Assembly: GCA_040386535.1 (NCBI GenBank)
Contig: JAZKFH010000005.1
Coordinates: 70,058 to 134,057 of the forward strand
DNA: 64,000 bases
Reading direction: 5' to 3'
From: Myxococcota bacterium
Lineage (GTDB): Bacteria; Myxococcota_A; UBA796; SXON01
Shown here: piece after piece, positions 47,493 to 57,469 of the stretch
How the letters are laid out: every line of letters begins with the position of its first letter
Numbering within the stretch: position 1 is the stretch's first letter
Program-made: the position numbers and the translations under genes
Notes under the pieces: model-generated
Database searches by the model: none
What the model was told of the DNA's origin: nothing
Seen by the model: only the letters and a program-made list of their open reading frames with translations

Positions 47493-50400
47493 CCGCGCAC
47501 CCCGGCCACCACCGCCTCCGGAAGCTCCCACGCGCCGAGGTGCAGGGGCGCCGCCCGCAGCCCGGCCGCGCGGACGGCCGCGAGCACCGCGAGGGCGCGC
47601 GCGACGTCGACCGGCCCGACGGTGGGCCCGAGCCGCGCGTCACTCGCGACGAGCAGCGCCTCGGCGTGGCAGCCCGGCAACCAGCGCGCGCCGTAGCGGG
47701 CGCGGAGGGCGGCGGCGGCCGCGAACGGCGAGCGACGGTCGAGCACGCCTGCGTCGAGCTGGCCTCCGCCCACGAGCAGCACGTCGTTATGCTGTTCCAT
47801 TCGGGCGCGCGCCGCGGCGTCGTCGAACGCGCGCGGGAACGAGTCGTCGATCACGATGGTGCCCGGCCGGAGCGCGGCGACGTCGAGCGCGACGCCGCCG
47901 CTCGTCGCGGCCAGGATCAGGTCGGCGCCGAGCAGATCGTCGTCGGCGCCGGCCAGCCGCGGGTCGGAGCGCAGCTCGCGCGCCGGCGGCCCGAGCACGT
48001 GGACCACGAGATCGCGCACCGCGCGCCCGATCGCGCCGTAGCCGCAAAACCCCACCGTGAGCGTCGGCCAGCTCCGGCCCGTGCGCGCCAGCACCTCCTC
48101 CAGCGTGAGCAGCATCGCGACGACCGTGGCGCCGTGCCCCGTCGTGAGCTGGGGCCCGCCCTCCCAGAGCGGGCGCAACCCGAGCCCCGTGAGCGCGGGC
48201 AACATCCCGGCGAGGGCCACCACACGCGCGTCGGTGTGGCGGACGGCGGCGGCGAGCGCCGCGGGGAGGTCCGCGGCGTGGAGGCGGCCCGCCGGGATGG
48301 GCAGGAGCACGAGCTCGGACGTGCCGATGGCGGCGTCGATGGTCTCGAGGCGGATGGCGTCGCTGGGCATGGGCAGGTCGACGCCGTCCGGCGGGTAGAC
48401 GATGAGGGCGGCGTCCACGCGGCACCGGGCGCGAAGCCGGCGCTCCACCGCAGGCGCGAGCGCCGTGACGAGCGGGCCGCCGGACAGATCGAGGCGGAAG
48501 CCCTCCCCCGGGTCGTTCTCACCGCGCGCGTCCCGGTCGCTCGCGCCGACGAGGCCCGCGGCGAGCACCTCCGTGCCCGAGCCCGCGGCGTCGAACGTGG
48601 TCCGAGCGTTCGCCCAGTCAGCACGCACCGCGGTGGCGCTGCCGGGCATCTGGGCCGGATCGAGCCACGTGAGGAAGTAGCGCCCGAGCCGCGCCAGCAT
48701 CCCGGCGCCGACGCCGACGAGCGAGGGATGGGCGAGCGCGGCGTCCAGGGTGGCGGCCACGTGAGCCTCGTCGACGCGCGCGCCGAAGCGCAGGGGCAGC
48801 CCGGTGGCGAACGGCCCGACGACGCCGGCCATCGCGGGGTCCTCACGCCCCGCGAGCGCGACGGACACGAGCAGATCGGGGCTCGGCGCCACCTCGGCGA
48901 GCGCCTCCGCGAAGGCGGCGAGCACCACCACGAACGGCGTATGCGCGTGACGACGGGCGTGACGCCTCAGCCGCGCCCACGAGGGAGCGTCGAGCGCGAC
49001 CCGCACCTCGACGCGCCGCGCCGGGAGATCCGCGGCCGCGGCCGGCGCCTGCGCCAGCCCCGCGAGCCTCTCGTCCCACCAGGCATCGGGCCGCACCGCG
49101 AGCGCGCGACGCGCCTCGGTGTCGAACGTGGCGGCCACGGCGGGCAGGCGCGCGGGGCGGCCGGCCGCGAAGTCGTCGTGAAGCGAGAGCAGCTCGCCCG
49201 CCATCGACCACGCGCTCCACGCGTCGGCGACGAGGTGGTGCGCGGCGAGGAAGAGGGCGTGCCGATCGGGGCCGAGGCGGGCGACGCGGAGGCGCAGGAA
49301 GGGCCCCGTCGCGAGGTCCCACCGCGCCGCGCGCGCCTCGTCCCACCGGGCGTCCAGCGCGCGCGCGCGGGCCGCCTCGGGCAAGGCGGAGAGGTCCTCC
49401 CACGGGATGGCGAGGGCGCGCGTGGGGAGCACACGCTGCGTGGATCCGTCGACCTCGACGATGCGGAGCAGCGGGTGCCGCTCCACCAGCGCGGCGACGG
49501 CGAGGCAGAAGGCATCGGCGTCGAGCGGGCCGAGCAGCGGCACGCGCGCGGTCCAGACGGGCGGCGCCCCGGCCTGGTGGGCAAGCCAGAACCCGCGCTG
49601 GACGGGGGAGAGGGGCCAGCGGTCGGCCGGGGTGTGCACGGTAGGCGTGACGACGACTGGCGCTCCAACCACGGCGCCCTCGATCGCGCACAGCGCCGCC
49701 ACGTCCGCGAGGCGACGCGCGCGGTAGAACGCCAAGGGCGAGGGCGGGACCACGCCGCCCTCGCGGAGGTGGGCGACCACGTCGAGCACGTCGACGGAGT
49801 CGCCGCCGAGGGCGAAGAAGTCGTCGTCCGGCAGCGGCGCCGCGGGGAGGCGGAGGACGGCGCGCCACGCCTCGGCCACCGTGGAGAGGAGCGGAGCCGA
49901 CGGAGCAACCGCGCTGGCCGACGCCTCGATCGCGCGCCGATCGATCTTGCCGGCCGGGCTCCGCACGAGGCCGCCGACCTCGACCCGCGCCGGGACCATC
50001 CACACCGGGAGCCGCTCGGCCAGCCACGCGCGGACGGCCGCGCCGTCGACCTCCACGCCCGGGCGCGCCTCGATGCGCGCGTGGATCCGCCCCTCGGGCG
50101 CCACCACCGCCGCGTGCGCCACGCCCGGGTACCCCGTGAGCACGGCCTCGATCTCGCCGAGCTCGACGCGGTTGCCGCGCACCTGCACCTGGCTGTCCGT
50201 ACGGCCCACGTACACGTAGGCGCCGTCCGCGCGCCGCCGCGCGAGGTCGCCGGTGCGGTACGCTCGGCCCACGCCGGGCAGCGCCACGAACGCGCGCGCG
50301 GTCTGCTCCGGGTCCGCGAGGTAGCCGTGCGCGATCGCGCCGCTCACGACCACCTCGCCCACCTCGCCGGGCCCCACGAGGCCCATCCCGCCGGGCTCGC

Positions 50401-53400
50401 AGAGCCGCACCTCCAGGCCGGCGCGCGGCCAGCCGATGGGCGTGAGCGGCTCGTCCGCCGCGGGCTCGCCCACCACCTCGTGCCACGTGGCGTTCACGAT
50501 GGTCTCGGTCGAGCCGTACAGGTTCGCGAGCCGATGGCGATCCCCGAAGAACGCGCGCCACCGCCGCGTGTACGCCGCGGTCACCGCCTCGCCCCCGATG
50601 AGCACCCAGCGCACCGAGGGCAGCGCGGCCCCCGCGCCCCGATTGTCGGCCTCGCGCTGCTCCGCGGCGTCGAGCAGGTGCATCCACACCGACGGCACCG
50701 CGTTGAACACGGTGACGCGCTGGGCTTCGAGGAGCGCGAGCAGCGCGGCCGGATCACGCATGGCGTGCGGAGGCGCCGGTACGACGGTACCCCCCGCGAG
50801 CAGCGGCGCGAACATCTGCCGGATGCACCCGCCGAAGGAGAGCGACGAGGTCTGGACGAAGCGGTCCTCCGCGGTGACCCCGAGCACCACCCCGACCCAG
50901 TCGAGAAACGCGAGCACCGCCGCGTGGCCCACCGCGACGCCCTTCGGCCGCCCGCTGCTGCCCGACGTGAACATCACGTGCGCGAGCGCGCCGCGACGCA
51001 CCGGCCCCTCCGCGGCCTCCTCGTCGCCGACGGCGAGGACCGGCACCCCAAAGGTGCGCGCGCGTTCGAGGAGCGCGGGCGGCGCGAGGATCACGGCGGG
51101 CGCGGCGATCGCGAGGACCTGGGCCACGCGCGCGTCGGGCCAGGACGGGTCGAGCCCCACCCACGCGGCGCCGGCGCGGAGCGTCGCGAGCACGGCGACG
51201 ATCGCGTCGCCGCTCGGTGAGGCGAGGACGGCGATGCGCGGGGGCGCGGTGGTGGGGTCGAGGAGGTCGGCGGGGACTTCGGTGGGCTCGCCGATGAAGC
51301 GCACGATGTGCGACGCCAGCGCCGCCGACCGCCGCGCGAGCGTTCGGTACGTCACCACCTCGGCGCCATCGACAGCGACGCGATCGCCGACACGTTCGGC
51401 CACCGCGAGGATCCTGACGTGGAGCTGATCCGACGGGGCATCCCCGGTGGATCCTCGCGCCACCGCGGCCAACGCCGCCACGTGCTCCTCCGCCCACCCA
51501 CGCACCCGCGCCGGCGAGAGGTGGCTCGTGAGGAAGTTCCACGAGAGGTGCAGCCGCCCGTCGAACACCCAGGCGACGAGGCCGAGCCGCGTGAAGCCCG
51601 AGGCCGACGCCCCGTGTATCTCCGCGATCGAACGATCTCCGATCCGCGACGGCGAGGGCAACAACGGGAAGCTGAACCCGGCCGGCGTGAGCCCGACCGG
51701 ACCGTCGTCCGCGCCGCGCGACCCGAGCGCCGCTACCCCGAGGGCCGAGGCGCCCGCCTGCGATCCGACGGTCGCGAGCTCTCGCGCCACCCGACGCGCG
51801 AGCGCCGCGAGCGGCTCGCCCGGGCGCACCTCCACCCGCGCGGGCAGGCTGTCCGCGAAGGGCCCGACGATGCGCGTCACGTCGGGCACCCGCACCTCGC
51901 GCCGCCCCTGCGCCACGCGCACGACCACGTCGTGTTGCCCGCTCCACCGCCACAGGCGCTCGACGTAGCTGGCGAGCACGAGCGCCGGCAGGCTCACGTC
52001 GGCCGCGCGCGCCGCCGACACGAGCCCGGCGGTGTCGGCCTCGGAGAGCACCTCCCGTACGAACGCAGGGCCGCTCGGGGCGCGCGCCCCGGAACCGGAG
52101 CCCGGGGACGCCGGCTCCCACGGGAGCGGGAGCGGCGGCACCCCGTCGCGGTAGCGCTCGGAGGCGGCGCCGGAAGCGGAACCCACCGCCCGCAGCGCGG
52201 CCGCGGCGTCGGCCCAGGTGGCGCCGAGCGGCGTGGGGACGGCGCCGGTGCCGCGCTCGATCCCGTCCGCGACCTCGAGGAGCTCGCGCAGGACCACCTG
52301 GAGGCTCCAGGCATCGACGACCGAGTGGTGCGCGTCGAGCACGATCCGCGCCCCGTCGCTGTACACGCGGACGAGCGGCCCGCGCTCGAGATCGAAGGTG
52401 CGCGCGTGGATCGTCGCGAGCTCGGGCATGCTCCACTCCACCACCGGCGCCAGCCCGGGCGCCTCGGCCCACCCCCGCGGCCCCCGCGCGAACACCGTGG
52501 CGAGCGAGGTATGGCGCGCCGCCACGACCGCGAGCGCATCGACCAGCACCGCGCGCGCGACCGGCGGGTGCACCGTGCACGCGAGCAGCACGTTCCCGGG
52601 CACGTCGGGGAAGAAGGCGCGTTGCACCAGGAAGGTCTGCTGGGAGGGGAGGAGCTCCCCCTGGCGCTCCCCTTCCTCGGCCCCCCCGGTCCCCTCCCCC
52701 CCGCGCCGCTCCGCGCCTCCGGCCAGCGCGAGCACGATCGCGTCGACCGTGTCGTGTTCGTAGACGAGCGTGCTCGGCAAGGCGCGGCCCACGGCGCCTT
52801 CGAGGGCCTTGACCAGCTCGACGGCGGCGATCGAGTCGACACCCAGGCGGGCCACGCGGTCGTGGTCGCCCACCTCGTCCGGCGCGAGGCCGGCGGCGGC
52901 GGCCACGAGCGCGCGCACGCGGGCACGGAGATCGGCGGGCAGCGCGCCGCCGGCGGTGGGCGGGCGCTCCAGCACCACGACGTTCGGCGCCCCCGCGGCG
53001 AGCGCGAGCTCCAGCGCCGCGAACGCCCGCGCCGGCGCGAGGGGGGCGATGCCACGCGCGCGGAAGGCGGCCGCATGGCCGGCGGCGAGGCCCACGCCTG
53101 CCCAGGGCGGCCACGCGACGCTCATCCAGCCTGCCCCGTCGTGAGTCGCCTGCGTTCGCGCGAGGCGATCGAGCGCGGCGTTGGCGGCGGCGTAGCCCTC
53201 GATGCCCGCGCTCAACCCGGGGATCACCGCGGACACGGAGGAGAAGAGCACCACGAAGCCTTTCGCGGCCCCAAAAAGCCTCGCCCCTCCGATCGCCTCG
53301 GCCCCGGCCACCTTGGCCGCGAGCGCGGCGTCGTCGAGCCCGCCCGCGAGGTGGAAGACGCCGTCGAAGCCCTGGTCCGCCTCCCTCGTCGTCCCCCCCA

Positions 53401-56400
53401 CGATCGCGGCCAGCGCCTGCTCGTAGAGCCGCGGCGCCTCGGTCGCGAGGTTCCCCGCGAGGTACACCGCGTCCCCACCGGCGCGGCGCACGTCGCCGAC
53501 GAGCCGGTCCGCCTCGGGGCGCCGCCCGAGCAGCACCAGCCGCGCACCCCAGCGCCGCGCCAGCCACCGCGCGAGCGCGCCGCCGAGCCCGCCCGACGCG
53601 CCGGTGACGAGGTACCGCCCTCCCGTCCGGAGCGCGTGGACCGGCGTCTCCGGCGCGGTGACCGGTGCCCAGGCGAGCCCGCCCGCCACGTCACGCGTGA
53701 CCACGTGCACCCAGCCGGTCGCGTCGGCGTCGCCCAGCCAGTGCCGACGGGGCGCACCCGCGGCGACCGGGCGGTCCTCGCGGTCGGGGCCGCCCTCCAC
53801 GATCACGTGCGCGTTGGTGCCGCCGAAGCCGAAGCTGCTCACGGCGCCCAGGGCCCCCGGGATCGCGCCACCACCGAGCGTGTCCACGACCCGCAGCAGG
53901 CCGGCGATCCCTGCCGCCCCGAGCAGGTGGCCGATGGTCCCCTTCACCGCCCCGATCGGGGGCCCGTGCGGGTAACAACGGGCGAGCACGCCGCGCTCCA
54001 CGGCGTCGCCCACGGCGGTGCCCGTCGCATGCGCCTCCACGAACGTCACGTCGCGCGCGTCGACCCGCGCCACCGCCAGCGCCGCGCGGATCACTGCCTC
54101 CTGCCCCGCGGGGTTGGGCGCCATCACGCCGAGCGACGCGCCGTCGTTGTTCACCGCGCTGCCGCGCAGGATGCCGAGGATACGGTCCCCGTCGGCACGC
54201 GCGCGCGCAAGGGGCTTGAGGACCACGGCGGCGGCGCCCTCTCCGAGCACGGTGCCGTCGGCGTCCGCGGCGAAGGGGCGGCAGCGCCCGGTCGGCGAGA
54301 GCGCGCCGGCCCGCGCGAAGAGCCGCGGCAGGGCGGGCCCCAGGTTGAGGTTCACGCCGCCGGCCACGGCGCGCTCGCACTCGCCGGCGCGGAGGGCCTG
54401 GCACGCGAGGTGGACCGCCACGAGCGACGCCGAACACGCCGTGTCGACGGTGAGCGCGGGGCCGCGCAGGTCGAGGTGGTGCGCCACACGCCCGGCTAGC
54501 ATCGAGAGCAGGTTGCCGGCCAGGGTGCCGGGCGGGAGCTGCTCGTCGGGCTCCGCGAGGGCGTCGAGCACCGTCTCGAGGTAGGCCTGCTGCCCCGCGC
54601 CGACGTAGACGCCCACACGATCCTGGGCCCCCGCTCCTTCCCGAGCCCCGGCGCCCCCCGCGCGCTCCAACGCCTCTGCCGCCACCGTCAGGAACAGCCG
54701 CTGCTGCGGATCCATCGCGGCGGCCTCGTCCGCGGAGATGCCGAAACGCGCCGCGTCGAAGGTGGCCACGTCCGCGAGCCAGCCGCCGGCCTGGGAGCCG
54801 GCGCCGTGGGAGCCGTGGGAGCCGGCTTCGCGTGCGCCGTGGGAGCCGGGCGCGATGCGGGTCGGCCCGGCCACGAGCGCGGCGAGGTCGGCGGGCGCGT
54901 CGGCCCCGGGGAGGCGGCAGGCCGAGGCGATGATGGCGATGGCGGTGTCCGCGTGGGGCGGCGCGCTCGCTACGATCCCCTGCGGATCGGATCGTTCGAG
55001 CCACGCCGCCATGCGCCGCACGCCGTCGGCCACCAGCAGGCTGCGATGGTCGGGGGCGCGTCCGAAGCGCGCGTCGACCCGCGCGAGCAGATCGACCGCC
55101 GCGAGCGAGCCGCCGCCGAGCTCCCGGAACGTGGCGTCGAGCGCGTCGTCCGCGAGCGGGCGCCGAAGTGCCTCCTCCCATAAGCGCCGAACGGTCGCGA
55201 CCGTCTCCGGGGCGGCGCCGTCCAGCGCACCCGCCTCCAGCGACGCGCGCACGAGCACCCGGCGCTTCTTGCCGCTCGTGGTGCGCTCGATGCGGTCGAT
55301 CGGCACCGCCACCACGTCCTCGGCCCCCAGCCCCGTCGCGACGACGCGCCGCACGTCCGCCAACACTCGCCACGGCTCGGCGCCCTCCGCCAGCACCACG
55401 GCCACACACACGCGCTCGCCCGCGGCCCGCGCGTCCGACGTCGCGACCGCCCCCCGCACGCCCGGCACCACCTCCGCGAGCGCCTCGACGTCGTGCGCCG
55501 GCACGTTGCGCCCGTTCACGATCAGCTGGTCCTTGTCGCGCCCCACGAGCACCAGCCGCCCGTCCACCAGCGCGCCAACGTCGCCAGTTCGGATCCACTC
55601 GCCACAGCGGAGGGCAGCGGTGGCGTCGTCATCGCGCCAGTACCCCGCCGCCACGTTGGGCCCTGCCACCTGCACCGCGCCGGCCACGCCGTCGGGCAGC
55701 TCTTCGTCGCGGGCATCCACGATCCGCAGCGCCACGCCCGGGAGCGGCGCGCCCAGGTCCACGCGATCGCGCCCGCCGACCGGGAGCGTGCGCAGCCCGT
55801 CCACGGTGGCGCTCACCCCCACGGCCGCCTCCGCGAGGCCGTACATCGGCGCGTGCGCCGCCTCGGGGAGCCCCGTCAGGCGCGAGAACGCGCGGCACAC
55901 GGCCGGATCGATCGGCTCCGCGCCGTTGAACAGGAACCGCAGCGTCGTCAGGTCAGGGCGCTCGCCCGTCGCGATCAGGCGTCGGTTGGCGCGCACCAGC
56001 GCGGTGTTCGTGGTCGCGGTCGTGGTGGCGCCGAAGGTGGCCACGGCGCGGAGCCACACGAGCGGATCCCCCATCGCCACGTCGGCACGCATCCGCACCT
56101 GCCGCATCCCGAGCGAGAGCGGGTACAGGTGGCAGCCGATGAGCCCCATGTCGTGGAACAGCGGCATCCACGCGAGGTCGACGTCGTCGGGCCCCACGGG
56201 CAACCGCCCCGCGAGCTGGGCGACGTTGGCGAGCAGGTTCGCGTGCGTGAGCACCACCCCCTTCGGATCGCGCGTGCTCCCCGACGAGAATTGCAACAGC
56301 GCCACCTCGGCGTCCCCGCGCGCCTCGCGGGAGGGGCCCGCGAGCAGCATGGCGGCATCGAGCGCGCCGGGCACCGGCAGATCGGACACCACGGGCCCGC

Positions 56401-56722
56401 CGAGCTGGGCGTGCACCCGCGCGATCCGACCCCGCTCGGCCTCCGACCCGTCGCGCGGCGGCGCCAGCGGCACCACGATCGCGCCCAGCCGCACGAGCCC
56501 CCAGAACAGCGGCACGAACGCTTCCGGATCCGCGACGAGCAGCAACACCGGCGCCCCCGGCCGCACCCCCGCCTCCCACGCGCCGCCGGCCGCACGACAC
56601 GCCGCCTCCCGCACCGCCGGCCACGCGAGCGTGCCGCCCCCGACGAAGGTGATCCCGTGCGCGGGGTAGCGGGTCGCGGCGGCGTCGAGGAGCGCGTCGA
56701 GGCGCGCGGGCGGGCGGGGCAT
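47489..56722 (-). CDS. Hybrid FAAL/PKS/NRPS megasynthase (3077 aa): FAAL-ACP-KS-KR-ACP-C-A-PCP-C-reductase-like
   Basis: FAAL LQFSSGSTRDPKG and WMPLFHDMGLIG; ACP GGGSL; KS DTACSAS, EAHATGT, GHL; KR GASGGLG, YAAAN; ACP GVDSI; C HHSVVD; A FTSGSSGRPKG, YRTGD; PCP GGDSV; C HHLVAD; terminal Rossmann GYGAIG. Confidence 0.92.
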   Translation of the reverse strand: MPRPPARLDALLDAAATRYPAHGITFVGGGTLAWPAVREAACRAAGGAWEAGVRPGAPVLLLVADPEAFVPLFWGLVRLGAIVVPLAPPRDGSEAERGRIARVHAQLGGPVVSDLPVPGALDAAMLLAGPSREARGDAEVALLQFSSGSTRDPKGVVLTHANLLANVAQLAGRLPVGPDDVDLAWMPLFHDMGLIGCHLYPLSLGMRQVRMRADVAMGDPLVWLRAVATFGATTTATTNTALVRANRRLIATGERPDLTTLRFLFNGAEPIDPAVCRAFSRLTGLPEAAHAPMYGLAEAAVGVSATVDGLRTLPVGGRDRVDLGAPLPGVALRIVDARDEELPDGVAGAVQVAGPNVAAGYWRDDDATAALRCGEWIRTGDVGALVDGRLVLVGRDKDQLIVNGRNVPAHDVEALAEVVPGVRGAVATSDARAAGERVCVAVVLAEGAEPWRVLADVRRVVATGLGAEDVVAVPIDRIERTTSGKKRRVLVRASLEAGALDGAAPETVATVRRLWEEALRRPLADDALDATFRELGGGSLAAVDLLARVDARFGRAPDHRSLLVADGVRRMAAWLERSDPQGIVASAPPHADTAIAIIASACRLPGADAPADLAALVAGPTRIAPGSHGAREAGSHGSHGAGSQAGGWLADVATFDAARFGISADEAAAMDPQQRLFLTVAAEALERAGGAGAREGAGAQDRVGVYVGAGQQAYLETVLDALAEPDEQLPPGTLAGNLLSMLAGRVAHHLDLRGPALTVDTACSASLVAVHLACQALRAGECERAVAGGVNLNLGPALPRLFARAGALSPTGRCRPFAADADGTVLGEGAAAVVLKPLARARADGDRILGILRGSAVNNDGASLGVMAPNPAGQEAVIRAALAVARVDARDVTFVEAHATGTAVGDAVERGVLARCYPHGPPIGAVKGTIGHLLGAAGIAGLLRVVDTLGGGAIPGALGAVSSFGFGGTNAHVIVEGGPDREDRPVAAGAPRRHWLGDADATGWVHVVTRDVAGGLAWAPVTAPETPVHALRTGGRYLVTGASGGLGGALARWLARRWGARLVLLGRRPEADRLVGDVRRAGGDAVYLAGNLATEAPRLYEQALAAIVGGTTREADQGFDGVFHLAGGLDDAALAAKVAGAEAIGGARLFGAAKGFVVLFSSVSAVIPGLSAGIEGYAAANAALDRLARTQATHDGAGWMSVAWPPWAGVGLAAGHAAAFRARGIAPLAPARAFAALELALAAGAPNVVVLERPPTAGGALPADLRARVRALVAAAAGLAPDEVGDHDRVARLGVDSIAAVELVKALEGAVGRALPSTLVYEHDTVDAIVLALAGGAERRGGEGTGGAEEGERQGELLPSQQTFLVQRAFFPDVPGNVLLACTVHPPVARAVLVDALAVVAARHTSLATVFARGPRGWAEAPGLAPVVEWSMPELATIHARTFDLERGPLVRVYSDGARIVLDAHHSVVDAWSLQVVLRELLEVADGIERGTGAVPTPLGATWADAAAALRAVGSASGAASERYRDGVPPLPLPWEPASPGSGSGARAPSGPAFVREVLSEADTAGLVSAARAADVSLPALVLASYVERLWRWSGQHDVVVRVAQGRREVRVPDVTRIVGPFADSLPARVEVRPGEPLAALARRVARELATVGSQAGASALGVAALGSRGADDGPVGLTPAGFSFPLLPSPSRIGDRSIAEIHGASASGFTRLGLVAWVFDGRLHLSWNFLTSHLSPARVRGWAEEHVAALAAVARGSTGDAPSDQLHVRILAVAERVGDRVAVDGAEVVTYRTLARRSAALASHIVRFIGEPTEVPADLLDPTTAPPRIAVLASPSGDAIVAVLATLRAGAAWVGLDPSWPDARVAQVLAIAAPAVILAPPALLERARTFGVPVLAVGDEEAAEGPVRRGALAHVMFTSGSSGRPKGVAVGHAAVLAFLDWVGVVLGVTAEDRFVQTSSLSFGGCIRQMFAPLLAGGTVVPAPPHAMRDPAALLALLEAQRVTVFNAVPSVWMHLLDAAEQREADNRGAGAALPSVRWVLIGGEAVTAAYTRRWRAFFGDRHRLANLYGSTETIVNATWHEVVGEPAADEPLTPIGWPRAGLEVRLCEPGGMGLVGPGEVGEVVVSGAIAHGYLADPEQTARAFVALPGVGRAYRTGDLARRRADGAYVYVGRTDSQVQVRGNRVELGEIEAVLTGYPGVAHAAVVAPEGRIHARIEARPGVEVDGAAVRAWLAERLPVWMVPARVEVGGLVRSPAGKIDRRAIEASASAVAPSAPLLSTVAEAWRAVLRLPAAPLPDDDFFALGGDSVDVLDVVAHLREGGVVPPSPLAFYRARRLADVAALCAIEGAVVGAPVVVTPTVHTPADRWPLSPVQRGFWLAHQAGAPPVWTARVPLLGPLDADAFCLAVAALVERHPLLRIVEVDGSTQRVLPTRALAIPWEDLSALPEAARARALDARWDEARAARWDLATGPFLRLRVARLGPDRHALFLAAHHLVADAWSAWSMAGELLSLHDDFAAGRPARLPAVAATFDTEARRALAVRPDAWWDERLAGLAQAPAAAADLPARRVEVRVALDAPSWARLRRHARRHAHTPFVVVLAAFAEALAEVAPSPDLLVSVALAGREDPAMAGVVGPFATGLPLRFGARVDEAHVAATLDAALAHPSLVGVGAGMLARLGRYFLTWLDPAQMPGSATAVRADWANARTTFDAAGSGTEVLAAGLVGASDRDARGENDPGEGFRLDLSGGPLVTALAPAVERRLRARCRVDAALIVYPPDGVDLPMPSDAIRLETIDAAIGTSELVLLPIPAGRLHAADLPAALAAAVRHTDARVVALAGMLPALTGLGLRPLWEGGPQLTTGHGATVVAMLLTLEEVLARTGRSWPTLTVGFCGYGAIGRAVRDLVVHVLGPPARELRSDPRLAGADDDLLGADLILAATSGGVALDVAALRPGTIVIDDSFPRAFDDAAARARMEQHNDVLLVGGGQLDAGVLDRRSPFAAAAALRARYGARWLPGCHAEALLVASDARLGPTVGPVDVARALAVLAAVRAAGLRAAPLHLGAWELPEAVVAGVRG

Positions 56723-56790
56723 GGCGGCACGTATCGCACAATCGAGCGCGCGAACTGCGTCGTTGCGCGTCCCCCGGCGCGGACGCCGGG

Positions 56791-56834
56791 GGCCGGTCCG
56801 CTCCAGGCTCGCCGCGGGGCGGCTCGGTCGGCCG
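56791..56834. repeat. REP-like family 3, copy 3
   Basis: GGCCGGTCCGCTCCAGGCTCGCCGCGGGGCGGCTCGGTCGGCCG. Confidence 0.5.
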
Positions 56835-56990
56835 CCCCCGAGCGGGCGCCCGGACCGGCGCCTCCGGCGCCGCCTTCCGCGCACCTCGCGCGGGGGCCGC
56901 GTGCTCGTCCACGACTATCCCCGCCGCGAGGACCACTCGCGACGAAGCTCGGCGCGGAGGCGGAGGGCGGCCAGCGGCCCCGGCGCCCAA

Positions 56991-57176
56991 ACCCGACTGA
57001 TCTCGCCTCACTACCGCCACTGACGCCCGTTCTGTCGGGTCGGCAGCGGCGTCGCCCGCGAATTACCCGCCTTGGTCCGTCGGCGCCGCGCGAGCGCCGC
57101 CGACGAGGCCAAATCCCAACGCCAAAACCCGACAGTTCTCGCGTCACGACCGCCACTGACGCCCGTTCTGTCGGGT
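56991..57176. repeat. Doublet of 50-bp imperfect palindromes (left)
   Basis: ACCCGAC...TCAC...TGACGCCCGTTCTGTCGGGT at 56991-57040 and 57127-57176, period 136 bp. Confidence 0.85.
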
Positions 57177-57188
57177 CGCGGCTGATGG

Positions 57189-57337
57189 AACGGGCGTCGG
57201 GCGGCCGACGCCCGCGGCGGTGCCTCGGCGCCGACAACGCTGGCGTGACGCCCGGCCCCTGCGTGGCGCCGACCGCCGCGTCAGGGCTCCTCTACCCGAT
57301 CGCGACGTCGTAGCCGCGCATCCGCCCGCCCCGGTGA
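57189..57337. repeat. ~150-bp direct repeat, left copy
   Basis: Aligns with 58226-58378 over its length (CCGACGCCCGCGGCGGTGCCTCGGCGCCG...GATCGCGACGTCGTAGCCG..CATCCGCCCGCCC). Confidence 0.85.
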
Positions 57338-57469
57338 GCGATGGGGGTGAGCGATTAGGGTCAGGCCCCCTCCTTCGCGGCCGCCACCACGACATCGACT
57401 CCCACCGGGCCGATCCACGGTCGCCCACGGGCCCCGTGTCGTCGCGCCCACATCGACCGACGCCGCCAA

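Noticed and set aside
47540..56669. Large plus-strand ORFs (1226, 1063 and 643 aa) opposite the megasynthase
   Set aside because: Arg/Gly/Ala-rich shadow ORFs without motifs; the minus-strand frame carries all catalytic signatures
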